Source of the DNA: Tubiluchus corallicola
Lineage: Eukaryota; Animalia; Priapulida
DNA: 64,000 nucleotides
NCBI GenBank assembly: GCA_030141605.1
Contig: JAQGDQ010000521.1
Location: 62,001 to 126,000 of the forward strand
Direction of reading: 5' to 3'
Shown: positions 1 through 13,406 of the stretch, piece after piece
Position numbering within the stretch: position 1 is the first letter of the stretch
How the letters are laid out: each line of letters starts with the position of its first letter
Position numbers and translations under genes: made by a program
Notes under the pieces: model-generated
Told to the model about the DNA's origin: nothing
Database searches by the model: none
Seen by the model: the letters and a program-made list of their open reading frames with translations, nothing else

Positions 1-2028
1 GCACCAAACCTAACTGTGTGAAATTTTTGAAAGAGATAATCTCATTTTGGAAACTGAACCATCGCGGCATTGATGATGGTCTTGAAAGTAGTGTTGGAAT
101 GATGTTATCTCTGAAGAGCTCTAAAACATCAGAGGCTCAACAAATTATTTTCTAGGCTAATAATGAATGTACAAAGGCTACTAATTCTAGTACCATGAGG
201 AAATATGACAAGACAATACTGTTAATACACATTACGCTAAGAAATTAACAACTCCTAACAGCACGGATGTTGCAAATTGTAATAAAGAAACGAGAAAGCT
301 TGACAATGTAATAGCTGTGGATTATGGCAGAGAATTAACTACTCTTGACCTCGGTGATGAAGATCTTCATAAATAGTACCTCAAAACTGACGGAAATATT
401 GTTTATTGTGAGAACTTACAAAGTTGTTCGAATTAGTACAAGTACTGTTGAGCCAGTAATATTGTTTGTAAGAATTGTGTAAAAAAATTTCTTTACAGCT
501 GTCAGTATGTAAAACTGAAAACTTTGCAGTACAGATGTGTGTTTTTTTCGTAACAATGTGATGTTTTTTCATGTCTGATGTTGTTTGGCATTTCATTAGC
601 ATTCATTTATACTGAATGAAGCTGAATCTCATTACCTATAATTATGTAGTCAAGTCATTCAGTTGTAATAATAATGAGAATTAATATTGCAAGTTAGCTG
701 AACAGCAGTAATAATAGAAAAGCAATCAATGTTAATTATGAAAATAAAATATACCTTTTTCCTTTTATTTTTTTTATTTTTTCTTTTGCCAATTACATCA
801 TTTTGCCATTTAGTGTTTTTTATGCTTATTTTCTTTTAAATAAACCGTAGATTTTTTTGGTACTGACTACAGAATTAGTTTTTAAGTTCCACGGTGAAAC
901 CAAGGCATCACCGAATTCCTTTCTAGAGTTTTAAGTTTTCTTAAATTTTAAGATACTTCCAGAAAATCAGGGAATGTAGCTGGAGCACCTCTGCTGGTTT
1001 AGCTCTCATTTTAGGGGAATATCCTTATTATGAGCCGGGCCACAAACACCTTGCTAACAAGCTGTTGGCCAGCCATTGAGTTGTAGATTCAGGCTTGGGG
1101 AAGGGATATAAAAATATGATATTTTGATGAAAACGTCTTGAGTGTCAACTATCGACTGCGTGACCACACATGGTAAAAATGGCACAAATGTTGATGTTAT
1201 TTATCGCTGCTGCAGAATAACCAAAGTTGTCTTTTATTGACAATGCAGATAATTATAAAGTCACAATAGTATAAAATTGATTCAGCAATAGAGTAGTGAG
1301 TTGCAGCATTAGGTATAGTGATTAATAGATTCTTTACTGAACCTTATGTGTTTCACATATCATTCTGGAATTTAAGAATATATGGTGAATGTAATACCTA
1401 TAAGCTATATTTTCTAATTGAAATACTAAAAAATTTGGTTTAATGTCATACTAACAAACTAAAACATACCTATAGTAAGGAACTGAGTTAAAACTTATGA
1501 TTTATGTGGACGCATATTAACTGTTGTATATTAAAAAATAGACAGTTAATTAAGTTGTTGAACGTTAATCGAAATTACTTGAGCAAGCTCATTGAAATTG
1601 GGAATAGGCAGTGGATAAATTTTCGAGGCAAGCAGAATGAAATGTTCTTTTTTATATTTACTTCGCAAATCTGCAAGGCAGAAGCCAGCCTTCAATGCAA
1701 GGCCTACTGAATGCTGTGTTTGTCATATATGAGGAGCCACTGAGCCAGTAGAGGTGTCTGAACCACATTCGGATGTACGTTTGCTGTCCTTCTCCAAGGT
1801 AAACGGCCAGCTTCAGTAAGGCGACTGAAAGCGATATCGAATGCAGGTGTCAGAAGCCATTCACACGAAACTGAAAGCGTAGTAACTTGGCTATGAACCC
1901 AGCCTGAACCATGTACTTCAAAAATTAGTGCATTTCATTTTCAAGAAGAAAATGATGCAAGAAATTTTTCCCCATTCTGCTATTGGACTAAAATCATGCT
2001 AATTTAAAACATTATTTTCTACTTCTAG

Positions 2029-2138
2029 TTGCTGATGCAGAGAATGAATCTACACATATCGGCACACTGACTGTTTCTGTCGAAGGAATTGCCGTCCTTC
2101 GCGCAGTCAACTCGGAATTCACAGAACCTTTACGCTGA
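2029..2138 (+). CDS. RPGRIP1L: Terminal coding exon of an RPGRIP1L/RPGRIP1 (fantom)-like ciliary transition-zone protein; upstream exons lie before the window
   Basis: Polypyrimidine tract and AG at 2027-2028, then xADAENESTHIGTLTVSVEGIAVLRAVNSEFTEPLR*. This resembles the RPGRIP1L C-terminal C2-domain end as I recall it (D..IG.L.V.VE....L..V). Single exon only. Confidence 0.65.
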
Positions 2139-3332
2139 CATCATCAGTAGTTGCTCAATGCACACCTGTCTTTGTTAATTAGCTTCACACTTTAAGTAAT
2201 TGACTGTAGTGACAGCTCATACAGAATGCCGAATTTTTTTAACTATTGAGGTTTTTAGACTTGCTGTGATGCTCAATTTTGTTCAGCAATCAACTCTGGC
2301 AGTCAACTAAAAGTGACACAGGGGAAGGATTGTACTCATAATGTGGCATAAACTCATGTCACATACATTTTGATTGATCTCTTATTGTAACAACTATGTA
2401 AATGGTTTGTTGATAAATATTTGAATATGTTGTGCTATTGTTTATGTTACAGCTAGATGTGTTAGTGCATACAATGCTACTATTTTTACATCATATTTGT
2501 CCCAAGGTCGTAAATGTCCTATGCTTTTTGATACTTCTGAAAGCTTATTTTGCATCGTAATAATCCGTCCGATGAGAGTGCACGTGTGATTTTTGTTTGT
2601 TGTTATTCAATGTTAACTTAATTAATGTGTTACTGTAAGATCTGTTGTTTGAAGTGACAATAAGATTTAATACTTTTCTTCGTTTTGCAATCCTGATATG
2701 CATTTGATAAATTAGAGGTGCCAATGAGAACCATTTTTATGATTTCTGAAGATTATAGACTTTTGTACTGTACCATTTCTTTCGAAATGGTAAAAAAGTA
2801 ATATCAGACTTTCAAAGAAATGATGATTCCTCTATGCATTTGTGACTGGGTCGATCTTGTCATCTGCAAGTAAATTTTTCCTCAGTTATCGAGTAAAAAA
2901 ATTTAGGGTCTTTTTTTATTCTGCACATACACTGCATTTTGTGAAGATATGTAATATACATTTAATTATATAATTACAAGCCGTGTTATTTCATAGTTTT
3001 TTCTCTTTTAGCAAAAAATAATACCTGTTACAAAAATACAAAAAATAGTGATATTAAATCAGCAGCTGCAACCTTGACATTTTTACAATTTCCAAAGTTG
3101 TAGAACATCTATTAAATTTTGCAAATCATAACACATTAATGCAGAATATCCTATACGTATATAGTTTTTAGTCAAATGAATAGTATCTTAAATGTTTAAA
3201 ATAATGTCAAATCCAGTAATATCTGTGGTAAAAGTGTCATGTTTTTTTTATTCAACTGTGCTGTATTACAAATTGATTTGCGTATAGGTTTTATGAATGT
3301 TCAACATTATGCTTGAGTAAAATTGAACTTCT

Positions 3333-3404
3333 TCATAATGCAGCTTTTAATTTATGGACAGTCAATTGGTCCTTGCTGTCCACCAGTAATTCCACAGAAA
3401 ATTG
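3333..3404 (-). CDS. COTL1: Coactosin-like (ADF-H) protein, exon 4 (terminal)
   Basis: tttcag acceptor, QFSVELLVDSKDQLTVHKLKAAL*, phase 0 continuing exon 3; resembles the coactosin NFAKE...D..EL segment. Confidence 0.75.
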   Translation of the reverse strand, partial: QFSVELLVDSKDQLTVHKLKAAL

Positions 3405-4125
3405 CTGAAACAAAAAACAACAATTGGTTTGGTTTTATTAACTCCACTCATATTAGGTTCATCCTTGTGCGATTTTAATCGAGACTGTAATGAGACAGTA
3501 AGACATTAAACATTAATTTTATTTCACAGTAACATTTACTAGGAGACCACCTAATCATGTGGCTGAAGTTCAATATCTTGTGAAAGGTCACTTCTTGTTA
3601 TTGAAGATAAAAGAAAAGTATAATGATTATTATTATTTATGTGGGTCAGTTTTATTGTATTTTTGTTGGTCACTGTTTTTCTGTATTACATAAATTTGTT
3701 ATCCATGGTGACCAATGTGTGTTGTGAGACGCCAGTTATTGCACGCAGTTATTCTGTCAGGACGTTTTGAGTAATTTATTAATTTTAGAACGTTGGGCAT
3801 GTCATCTGAGTGATCTGACTGTAAATAAGTGACACCAATAATTCTCATGGTGTTCTTTCAAAAGCAAAATATACATACAATGCGTTATTCCAAAAAGTGG
3901 GTTAACTACTCCAGCTGTATAACCCATTGTATGCCATTTCAGCTTGAACTGACTACAACCGTGACATATCTGCCGTAATGTATAATTATGGCTATATAAT
4001 TTTACTGTTTACTTTTATTCATGTATAAAATGTATATATTTATTTTTGTGCCTAATAAATAAGTAAATAAATAAAGTTTAGAATTCCCCACGCACAAGAT
4101 ATTAGTTTGTGAAGCGAATTAGGAT

Positions 4126-4167
4126 TGGGGTTAGGGTTGGGTTGGGGTTAAGGGTAGGGTTAGGGTT
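4126..4167. repeat. Degenerate GGGTTA (telomere-like) G-rich tract in coactosin intron 3
   Basis: ggggttagggttgggttggggttaagggtagggttaggg seen directly. Confidence 0.75.
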
Positions 4168-4363
4168 TTTAACTTGGGTGTTGAATTGTAAACTCCTTTT
4201 GTAGTTTTATTTTACAAAAGTGTCAACAACTGTGCGATAAAGCAAATTTAGGAAAAAGAGGTGCATAATTTGTAGTATAAAGCCGATTGTTCTCCACTTC
4301 CTTGTCAGTAGTGTTTCACGCCTTAATCCCCATAAACAACTCAATACTGCGCAATAGCCTTAC

Positions 4364-4524
4364 CTGAATTATTTTTTTAAGTTCTCCCTTATCTAGGCTG
4401 ACGCGAGCTTTCTTCAATACGGAAACTTTTGGTCCAATCCATGAAACAAAAATGAACTTGGAGAAGTGCTTAGCATGTTCATCACCAGTTTCAAAACGAA
4501 TGTATGCAAACATTCTGTCATCAT
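4364..4524 (-). CDS. COTL1: Coactosin-like protein, exon 3
   Basis: DDRMFAYIRFETGDEHAKHFSKFIFVSWIGPKVSVLKKARVSLDKGELKKIIQ, the typical coactosin ADF-H core; AG and GTAAGG boundaries in phase. Confidence 0.92.
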
Positions 4525-4941
4525 CTAAAACGTTAATTAGGTCATTGTTATTTTAGGACTGCAATTAAAAATAAACGAGATTTCTGTTTTAGTACTGGGA
4601 TAGGGTGGGTTGGGTTTGGCTGGGCTAGAGCCCTGTATACCAAGTTAGAATGGGTCCGACAGGGTAGGTTACATTGACTCGGTTCATCTGGGATGAGATG
4701 TGTGATGAAATTGGGTGAGCTGTGATGAATAGTAAACCAAGATGGAATTGGATATTCAAACCAAACAGTGTCTCCTTAATGAAAGCCGTTTTTTGTATTT
4801 AATAGAAAGGGCAATTAAGGTGTTCGTAGATTATTGTGAGCGAAAACACGTTTTTATATACCATATAACCTGTCACCTGTGTGTGTAGGACTGTCTGCGG
4901 GTGCGTGGGGTTCTATTATTTACCGAATGTTATCAGATTAC

Positions 4942-5024
4942 CTGTAAAATAAGTCATAAATTCATCGTGATTTTGTCCCACAGCTCCGCAGACCAAGTAA
5001 TTCTCTTCATATTTAAAAACTGCC
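4942..5024 (-). CDS. COTL1: Coactosin-like protein, exon 2
   Basis: (W)AVFKYEENYLVCGAVGQNHDEFMTYFT(D); 83 nt, canonical splice sites, phases match both neighbours. Confidence 0.88.
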
Positions 5025-5847
5025 CTACAAGAAAAAATGTTGAGTGGTGCAGACTGGTATTTTTATTATTTTTAAAAATAATATGAGTAGAGTTTTACTA
5101 ATAGCGAATTTACATTTCGTTTGCAGCCTGTATTGATCCGCATCACTTTGAGGTTATGCATTATGCAATCATGTGTATTTGAAGCAGCTATAAGAAAGTT
5201 GAAGGTGTGTTAATTAGCTGTCTAACGATAAAAAATGATTGCTCCTGCATAAGTAAAACTGTGTGAATCAAGATAAGTGACACGACGACAGACTGTAGAG
5301 ACACAGTGCTTGCAACCTTTAAAAAACTATAGCCATGGCCTGCTAGCCTCACTATAGCCATTAAATGAAGTGACCAATGAGGCAACTAGCAGATATTTTC
5401 AAGTTCAACATTTGAAGTTAATGAGTTGGAGCATTAAAAAATTTTAATTTTTGTTTTTCATAGAGATACAAATTGTTAAATAAACAATGATATAATTATA
5501 GATGTACATGACTGTTTAGTTGATCATTGTGGTTGCACATAATTATAGTATTTTTACTATCACTAATCGCCTCGTTTTCAGATGCCTATTTTCGTTATCC
5601 TTTAGCTACCCTTAAAGGTTTTAATCATTTTTCTTATACGCACTCGCGTCGGACCTGAACCTTACAGCTGAAGTTCGTCTGTATTAGAACACCTTTTTAT
5701 TATGAAAAGTTTTTTACTTCATATCGGTGCTACGCAGAGTTTATAGTCATTGAATGGGACATTTTACAAAACAATACCTGTTTCGATATGAATGTTTTTT
5801 ATATTACAAAAATTAATTTAATTGTAGAGTTACAGCTTAAGCCTTAC

Positions 5848-5924
5848 CAGGTAACATCAACGGTGTCATCTCTAACGGCATCGTAAGCCTGTCTCACACT
5901 ATCAGGATCAATTATTGTAGCCAT
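5848..5924 (-). CDS. COTL1: Coactosin-like protein, exon 1 (start codon)
   Basis: MATIIDPDSVRQAYDAVRDDTVDVT(W), matching the coactosin N-terminal pattern MAT.ID....R.AY..VRDD; donor GTAAGG. Confidence 0.9.
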
Positions 5925-6139
5925 CGTTAGTTAATACTCACACTGATAGCATGCTACACTGTGTTTGTAACAGGAAGAGTCGTTAGAGGTAGAAAGGAAA
6001 CAGGATACAACCGTATTTATCTCCAAAACTCTACAAATTTATGCCAGCAAGGAATGGTTGATTAACAATAACAACGTTATTGAGCACATGTTTTCTGCCT
6101 GACGCCCCCCCACCTCTAGCTCTTTAAATTCATTTTTTA

Positions 6140-6300
6140 CCTGTCTCTTTCTCTCCTGTCTTTGTCTTACATACACTCACCTCCCTCTCTTTCTTTTTCT
6201 TACTCCATCTCCCTCTTTCTCCCGTTGTCCCATTCTCTTTCCCTTTCCTTCCTCTCTTTTCCCCATCTCTCTGTCTTGCTTTTTCTCTCTTACTTTCTCT
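6140..6300. repeat. Polypyrimidine (CT-rich) low-complexity tract
   Basis: Almost only C and T on the + strand. Confidence 0.8.
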
Positions 6301-6379
6301 CAACATCTTGCGTTAGCCTTTTCACTTTTTTCTTTAATAAATGATTTTACAAATTTCTTTTGTTTACCATAATGTAAAG

Positions 6380-6670
6380 AGAACACAAGAAAACACTTTG
6401 TCTGAAAAATTCCTTAATTTAGTTGTTGATTCTAAAACTAGAGGACATAGTTTAAAACTGTTCAAAGAGCGGTCACGTCTTGACATTCGTAAATATTCAT
6501 TTTCTGTCAGATTTGTGAATGAATGAAATAATCTGCCTGCTATGGTGATTACCGCATCAACAACAGTAAAGTTTAAATCCTTAAGCGACAATTATTTTGC
6601 AGAAAATATGGGGTTTCTATGAGTGTACTCGCTTAACCCTTAATCGTGACAGTATAATAGTATAACTATA
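6380..6670 (+). mobile_element. 5'-truncated, decayed CR1/L2-clade LINE 3' end
   Basis: Translates to TRGHSLKLFKERSRLDIRKYSFSVRFVNE*NNLPAMVITASTTVKFK, the characteristic CR1/L2 ORF2 C-terminus with the usual W changed to a stop; followed by a short agtata-type tail. Confidence 0.85.
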
Positions 6671-9600
6671 ACAGCATGTTCGCAGAAAATGCCGTAGCAG
6701 TCTAAAAATGAATGTAATACTTTACGACAGGTGGCGCAGCAAAAATTTACTTTCCAATGAAGATGAAAGCTGTTTGTGAAAGAGTGTGTTTGAAGCTGCC
6801 AAAATCAGGTCTAACTTGTTTATAGAAAGTTCTTCTGTGCACTTTATACGTTAGTTGCAGCTACCGTTCTACTAAATGTGAAATTCAAGTAAAACTTTCT
6901 TTATCGGGTTGTTTCGTTACTGTTTTTGAATTTTGATATGTTTTATAATCATACTGTGGATAGCCGCGATCCTCTTCCCCAAATCGGCAAGCAAACTGAC
7001 ATCAATAAAAAGTCCCAGTTTGCAAGATCAAAAACACGTACTTTGTTCACTTTATACACATAAATTTCTTTTTTCCACCAGTCAACAGTTACCATTATTG
7101 TTTTATCGTCTTTCGTTGCACATTTAGCTGCGACAGCTCTGTGACATACAATCGAACTTTTCTTGATTTATGTATGTGAGATTGACCTATTGTACCTACA
7201 TTCAAACTGACCTACATTCAGACATGTTCTGTAGTATCATCTGCAAATTGACAGAATGAACATTTCAAGTTTTCTTTATACAAATTTTTAAAATTTGTTT
7301 TTAGATCAGTCATGTTCAACCATATGACCATAATTTCTTTCGTCTTGTCTAAACGACATTTTAGCACATAATCTTGCCTTTTTAGACTGTTGTTTAGAAA
7401 TATTATCTTTTCGTGTGCTCTGTTTTAATTTAAGTTCATTTTTGATGAACAAATTCATTTCACTTTTTATGTACTTCTTCAATTTAGACTTTTTGACTGA
7501 ATAAATTTTTATATCAACTACATTTGGGTTAATTTTGTATTTAATTATAATATTTCTAATTTCAAAATACCAAGTTTATTTTAAAATTATTACTTATTTG
7601 CACTCTTAAAAGCTGCTTAGCCAATCTTTCATCATTTGAATTAATTAATAATAATAGTACATTAAATTTTATATTCTATTCTACATATCATAGGCCATGT
7701 CTGCATTTCAAGCAGCATGACCCAATATGGCATACAGTTTTATTGGCACAAAATTTTTGATAATGCGTCTCTTTGAATACTCTCTAACATATCCACTTCT
7801 GTTTGAGTGAGGTTAGTCCAAGTCTAACCTGTGAATTTTACGAAATTTATTCTGCTGGCCTAGCTGTAGACGGAAAAAATCATATCTACATAATGTGAAC
7901 TGTAAACTGAACTATAATAATCAAATTGGTATTGCAAAGTAACACTTTTCTAAGAAAAAATTGCTAATATTGGCTAGGCCAATGGCCGTTCCCCCTTTTT
8001 GCTTCTTACTAATTAATTATACACTGATGTAGGAAAACTTTAGGTGCCTTGATGATGGCATGGCCGACAATGTATGCACATGTAATATGTGTCATCTCTG
8101 TGTACTTGCTGCATATTCGTGGTTTTCACTGTTTTGTCTTTCGAATTCTGTCGTAACAGCTCTGAGAAAGTGAGCTGATGCCGTACTTGTGTGAACAGTT
8201 GAAAATACGTGTTTCTCACAAATAAGTCAGTGTCTTTATTGAACTTCTATCTGCTAGCTTTTGTGGCTTTAACTTCCAAGCGCAGTAGCTTTGTAAAAAT
8301 AAGCGCTGTGGTGGCTAACTATCCTCACTGTTTCTTTTACTACATAGCATATAACAGATGGCGGTGCTACTGTTAATTATAGTGTATGAGAGAGTTTTCT
8401 TTCTCATTAAGCCTCTGTTTTATAACATTCTCTCTCTATAGGCTTTGGATATTTTCATTTTCTTTCAATTATTGTCTCTGTAGTGGAAGTGCTGCCTAGT
8501 GGCAGTTGTTATGGTATGACAATGAAGAAAGGTTAGTGATGGAAGGGTCAGTTGCGTCGGTTTGTGGAAAGCATGAAATGGTGGTTGCAGAAGGGTTGGA
8601 CTTTTAAAAGACGTTTTAGGGTCCACTCAGGCTGGAACGGATCATGAAGCTTCGTTTCTTGGTCTTCCCAGCACATGTTTAATTTTTTCTTAAACTGACC
8701 TGCTGACGTGGTGCTCCACTTCACTTAATAACTGCAAGCATTTCTGGGTGTTAGAAATCCCATTGCATAGTTTGGTATAATTTGTTTTTCAGTAGTTTCA
8801 ACAAACTGACCATTTCGAATCTGGTGCTGCAGTACTGTAATTACTTCAACAGCTTCCTGCGTGAGTTGTTTGCTTAAGTTGGTAATTCTGTTGATAAAGA
8901 AAGATTTCTCAAGTAAAGATTGGAATGTTGTTTGTATAGCTGAAGGTGATAGCGTCTGTCGGAGTATTTCAAATGCCTATAAAATATTCTGTTATGACTC
9001 GCTGTGTAGCTAAAGTTTGAAGTGTTGTTATTTTCCTCTTTTACAGTAGGGGAGGTACTTTATTGAAGTGTTTAAACCAGTTAATATCATTGGCCTATGC
9101 TGAACTCCTTTTAGCTACTTGGTGACTTTAATAGCAAAGTATGGATTCCACATCAGTGAGTTGTATTTCATAAGCAGTCTTCAGACTTAAGTGCTCAGTT
9201 ACCACTAATCAGTTTGACAGATGTCAGGTATAACTTTTAATCATTCGAAGTACTGAGTAAGCTTCTTTGACTTTTGTAAGCTTGTCGTCATGTGATCCTC
9301 TAACATTGTAAGCCCTAGGTATGACTAGCTACTAACAGATTGTAATGTCATCAATTTCATAATTTTATAATAGATTTCCTATGACCTACATGCATATCCT
9401 TACATTTACCGTTGTGCTACTCCATTGACAAACGCCTTCCAGACACTGAAAAAACTTAACTAGTTGCATTGCTTTTGAGTGTTGCAGGCCTAAGACCTGA
9501 TACTGGTACTGTACAAAATTTTGTGTATTTGAATTGATAATTTAAAACCATTATAATTGTATGCTTTACTCTTATATTCAGTTGATGCAGGTCTCCTACG

Positions 9601-12564
9601 TCAAATTTCAGGCACCTAAGCTTTTTGTCTTCCTAACATTTTCTAGAAGAAGCAAAAATGAAATTTCAGCCATGGGATCTGTAAATAATTTTCCAGGCAT
9701 TGATAATTTATCGATTATAATAATTGTGGATGACATCAAATTTTTAATTCACGTACATTTTTAACTCATTAACTTGGACTGTTCTTTTTATTACAGACAA
9801 AATTCGACTAGCCTTAAAAAACTTAATAAGTAAAAAACTGCAAGGAAAAGTATATAACTCAGCAGATGCCGATTTTGTGGTAAAAAATAATGGTAACCTT
9901 TTTTCAAATAGATTTGGAAAGAAAGTTGCCAGATTTAATCAGGCTTTGGTAAAAGTTGTTGTCATTTTAGTTTTTGCAAGGTGTGCCATATTGTCAAATG
10001 CACAAGGTACGGCTTGTAAATGTAAATTTTAGATCACTTTGCCTTACTTTATTTGTTGCCTAGATTGTCTACTGCAAGTTTGGTCATCATCATTTCGGTG
10101 GTGGTTAAAATGTCAGATAAAATTTACTGTGGGAGGCTGGGAGCATTTTGTTAATGATGTATGCACCGAATTATGGTGTGGCTGAAGTATAATTAAGCAC
10201 GATATAACAATTTATAACGATAATTGCCATATTACACAAATTTTGTTGTTTGCTCCTGAACACTTTAAATGATGTGGAGTGTTGAGTGCAGGTACACTTG
10301 TTTCTCAAAATTCCAAAAGTAATTAGTTAAGAGGAAAAATTGTTTATGGAAGCCAGCTTCTAGGTGGGACCAAAATTTTTTTATTTCATAGAAGAGGAAA
10401 GAGTGAGCATATATCAAGAATCTGATGTATTCATGTTTCAGCCTAATTTTCTTTTTAAAATTATTGTTTTTGCCCGAAGAAAGGGGTTTCAAAGTCTGGT
10501 GTTCAAGTAAAACTTCTAGAAGTTTTAAAAAATTATCTGTCGATAATTTTTCAAGCATTTAGTCAGATTAGATTTTAATAAACACATCACGAATGGGTAG
10601 AGTAGAAGTGCGGCAAGATACTGGTAGCAAACAGTGAGTTCATCCACAATTAGTAATCAGTAACTGCATAAATTGTAATCGGTGTCAAAAGCTCAATGTT
10701 TCTCATAGCTGTTAATTGATAAATAAAAAGTGCCTAATTTGCCGAAAAAGTGTTGAAATATTATGTTTGAATACAGTGTGGACTTCTACAAAAATGTTTG
10801 AGACTGAAAAATCAAAGTTTCTCTGTGGTGCAGCAGCTAAAAACAGCTACCTGGGATGTTTGCCTTTATATCAACTTGTTAGCATAAAAAAAGCTTGTTG
10901 TTTTTTGGTACTTTTTAGATCTATGATTATTTATACCATATTGTGGTCTAAGTAGGGGCATCAAATTCCAGCTGACTCACTTCCTGTGTTCATCAGCTAT
11001 GATCGCTTTGCTGTGAGTGAGATTCCTGGAATATCTTGTCTGGTGTCGGTTTCTCAGTTTGGTGTGTGACTATATGGTTACAAGTTGTTTAAATTGTGAT
11101 TGTGTTTGTGAAAAATTATAATTTTACTTTTATTTTTTATTTATGTTTTATTTTTAAATGTATCTACTCAGATTTGAAAGGCTACTGTCATTTGGAAACA
11201 GTTTATTTTAGTGTATTTTACAAATTGGTGATTAAGTAAATTGGTTAGGCTACATTCACAGACTTTAGCATGTTTAAGTGTATTTTACTTAGTAATTCTT
11301 TAATCCTGTTTTTTAAAAAAAATATTTTCTGTTTGACATTGCTACTTTTACTACAAGTCAATTTGTCAACTAATTTATTACACCTTTTTAAGACCTTTGT
11401 CATTGTTGTGCACATTTGTCTAACTAACTAAATGTTTTCTTTTAACCAGGAGTTATGTTATGTTAATTTTTTTTTAATGTTTTTATGTTTTTTACTTTTT
11501 ATGCAAACAAGGTACTATGTAAGATGTCTGGAGCAAAATTTGGTTTTCTAATAGGAGTCTAAGGGGCTGATTTTATTACTAGTGTCAGTGGCAGTAAATA
11601 GGGTGCGGTAATCTAATACAGATCAAAAACATGCATGCCTAGCTGTTAGGACTAAATTGCTAGTAAGTAGGGATTAAATCAGTAAACAACAGTATTATTA
11701 ACACTAGTCTAATATGCATCCTCACCCAGTATGCACATTAACTGTGTGCAGATGTGGTGTATTTATTGGTGTATGTTACTATTTTGGTTGGTGTCGGGTC
11801 TAGTGAGATTTTTGCCATGCTGTTGCAATATCCTAACTTCAACATATGTTCCGTTTAAGCAACAAGGTTCAACAGTATGAATTAATGATGGCTTCATTCC
11901 AAATAGGCAACTTCGGGAGGGTTTTAGTGTTGCATTATTGTTTGATGAAGTCATCATCTACATATGTTATATTTCCCCTATATAGCTCATTAGCTCCAAA
12001 ATGCTATCCAAAATATTTTTTAAACATGGGAAGCTTTCTGCAAACGTATCCTTTTGTGCTTTGCTGAGATATTTTTTGTCCAATTTTTCATCCGTATTTT
12101 TTTGTTTTGTCATATTGTTTGCTATGCATATGATTTTTTGTTGTGCACAAACTGCACTTAAATTGTTTGTAAACAAGAAAAATCAAATTATTAATACATA
12201 TATTTATAATTACTCTTGCTTTGACATGTCATGGATTAAGAAATGCGATTTCCTGAAAATTAGACTTGTTAGCATGATAGTAATTAATTACTTCCTTCTT
12301 TCCTTCCTTCCTTCCTTCCTTCCTTACCTACTTACATGCTACTTAATGGTGACTGTTCGTTGTACCTTACAACTCATTAAAAGGAATGAATCTGTATATG
12401 GTTTCAGATACACAAGTATGTTAGATATGCCAAAAATAAGAACTAAAAATACGGCGATAATAGTTTTCGAAGTTCTGTTGTAAAACTTTGGAATAGATTA
12501 CCTGAGCACGTGAGAGTTGGTTCAAATGATCAATTTAATGTTTTTAAGAAAGTTTTTAAGAAAG

Positions 12565-12566
<2 letters not shown>

Positions 12567-12595
<29 letters not shown>
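12567..12595. repeat. (AT)n microsatellite
   Basis: Uninterrupted AT dinucleotide run. Confidence 0.9.
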
Positions 12596-12596
<1 letters not shown>

Positions 12597-13406
12597 CTTC
12601 ATCACACTTTGCATGAAACTTCACTCGAAGTTCTTCACATAACAAATACCTGTATTGAAAAACTGGTCTTTGGTGATGTTTGACTCAGGAAGATTTGAAT
12701 TGAACTAAAACATGTTATTTTAACTAATTAAAAAATGGAAATCATTGGTAAGTTCATCGCATCTCCTTTCCAATTCAGTCTTTGTTTGGATTTGCCTGAT
12801 CAAGGAGGCCATTTGTCACGTCATGCATCTTAACACTGAATATGATGTGGCTTTTTTCACTTTGACAAATGTTAACTTTTTTCCATTGATTTTTAGGAAG
12901 TATGATCAGTGTACTGCACTGAAATGAGGGATGGCTTTCCGCATTTTGTATAAATTTGTAGCTAGTTTATCTATGTATGAAAGGATGGTTGGAATAACAT
13001 TTATATAAGTGTGGTTTATAACTGTTTTGTGTTGTCTAAGATACGTGAAATTTCTACTTGAAATTTGAATGCTGTTTATCAGATAAGATTACAAGTTTTT
13101 CTTCTGGAACTAGGACCAGTCCTAGAACTATGCCCTTGTTTTTTCAAACGAGTACAATGTTACTAACAAAAATTTGTACTACTTTAAAAATTTAGACAAT
13201 AGTGTGATCGGATGAGTACAAGATTTTGTGACGGCTATGTCGTGGCATCATAGTAACTGCTTGGGCTAAATAACTAACTAAAGGTAAATCACAAAATACT
13301 ACTGAACTGCTGAAACAAAGTTTAAACTGACAATTTTTTGTTCCAGGATGGCTGCATAATAACCGCTGAGTAAGGACTGTTGTTCATGATTTTTCGTTGA
13401 GTGAAC

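Noticed and set aside
3290-3335. TGA read-through or selenocysteine at the coactosin stop
   Set aside because: Downstream codons (RSSILLKHNVEHS) do not restore the coactosin tail, and I recognised no SECIS.
4126-4167. True telomere or chromosome fusion scar
   Set aside because: Only about 40 bp, degenerate, single orientation, inside an intact gene.
12001-12483. 160-aa hydrophobic ORF
   Set aside because: T-rich intron-like composition, includes a (CCTT)n repeat, no recognisable motif or supporting splice pattern.
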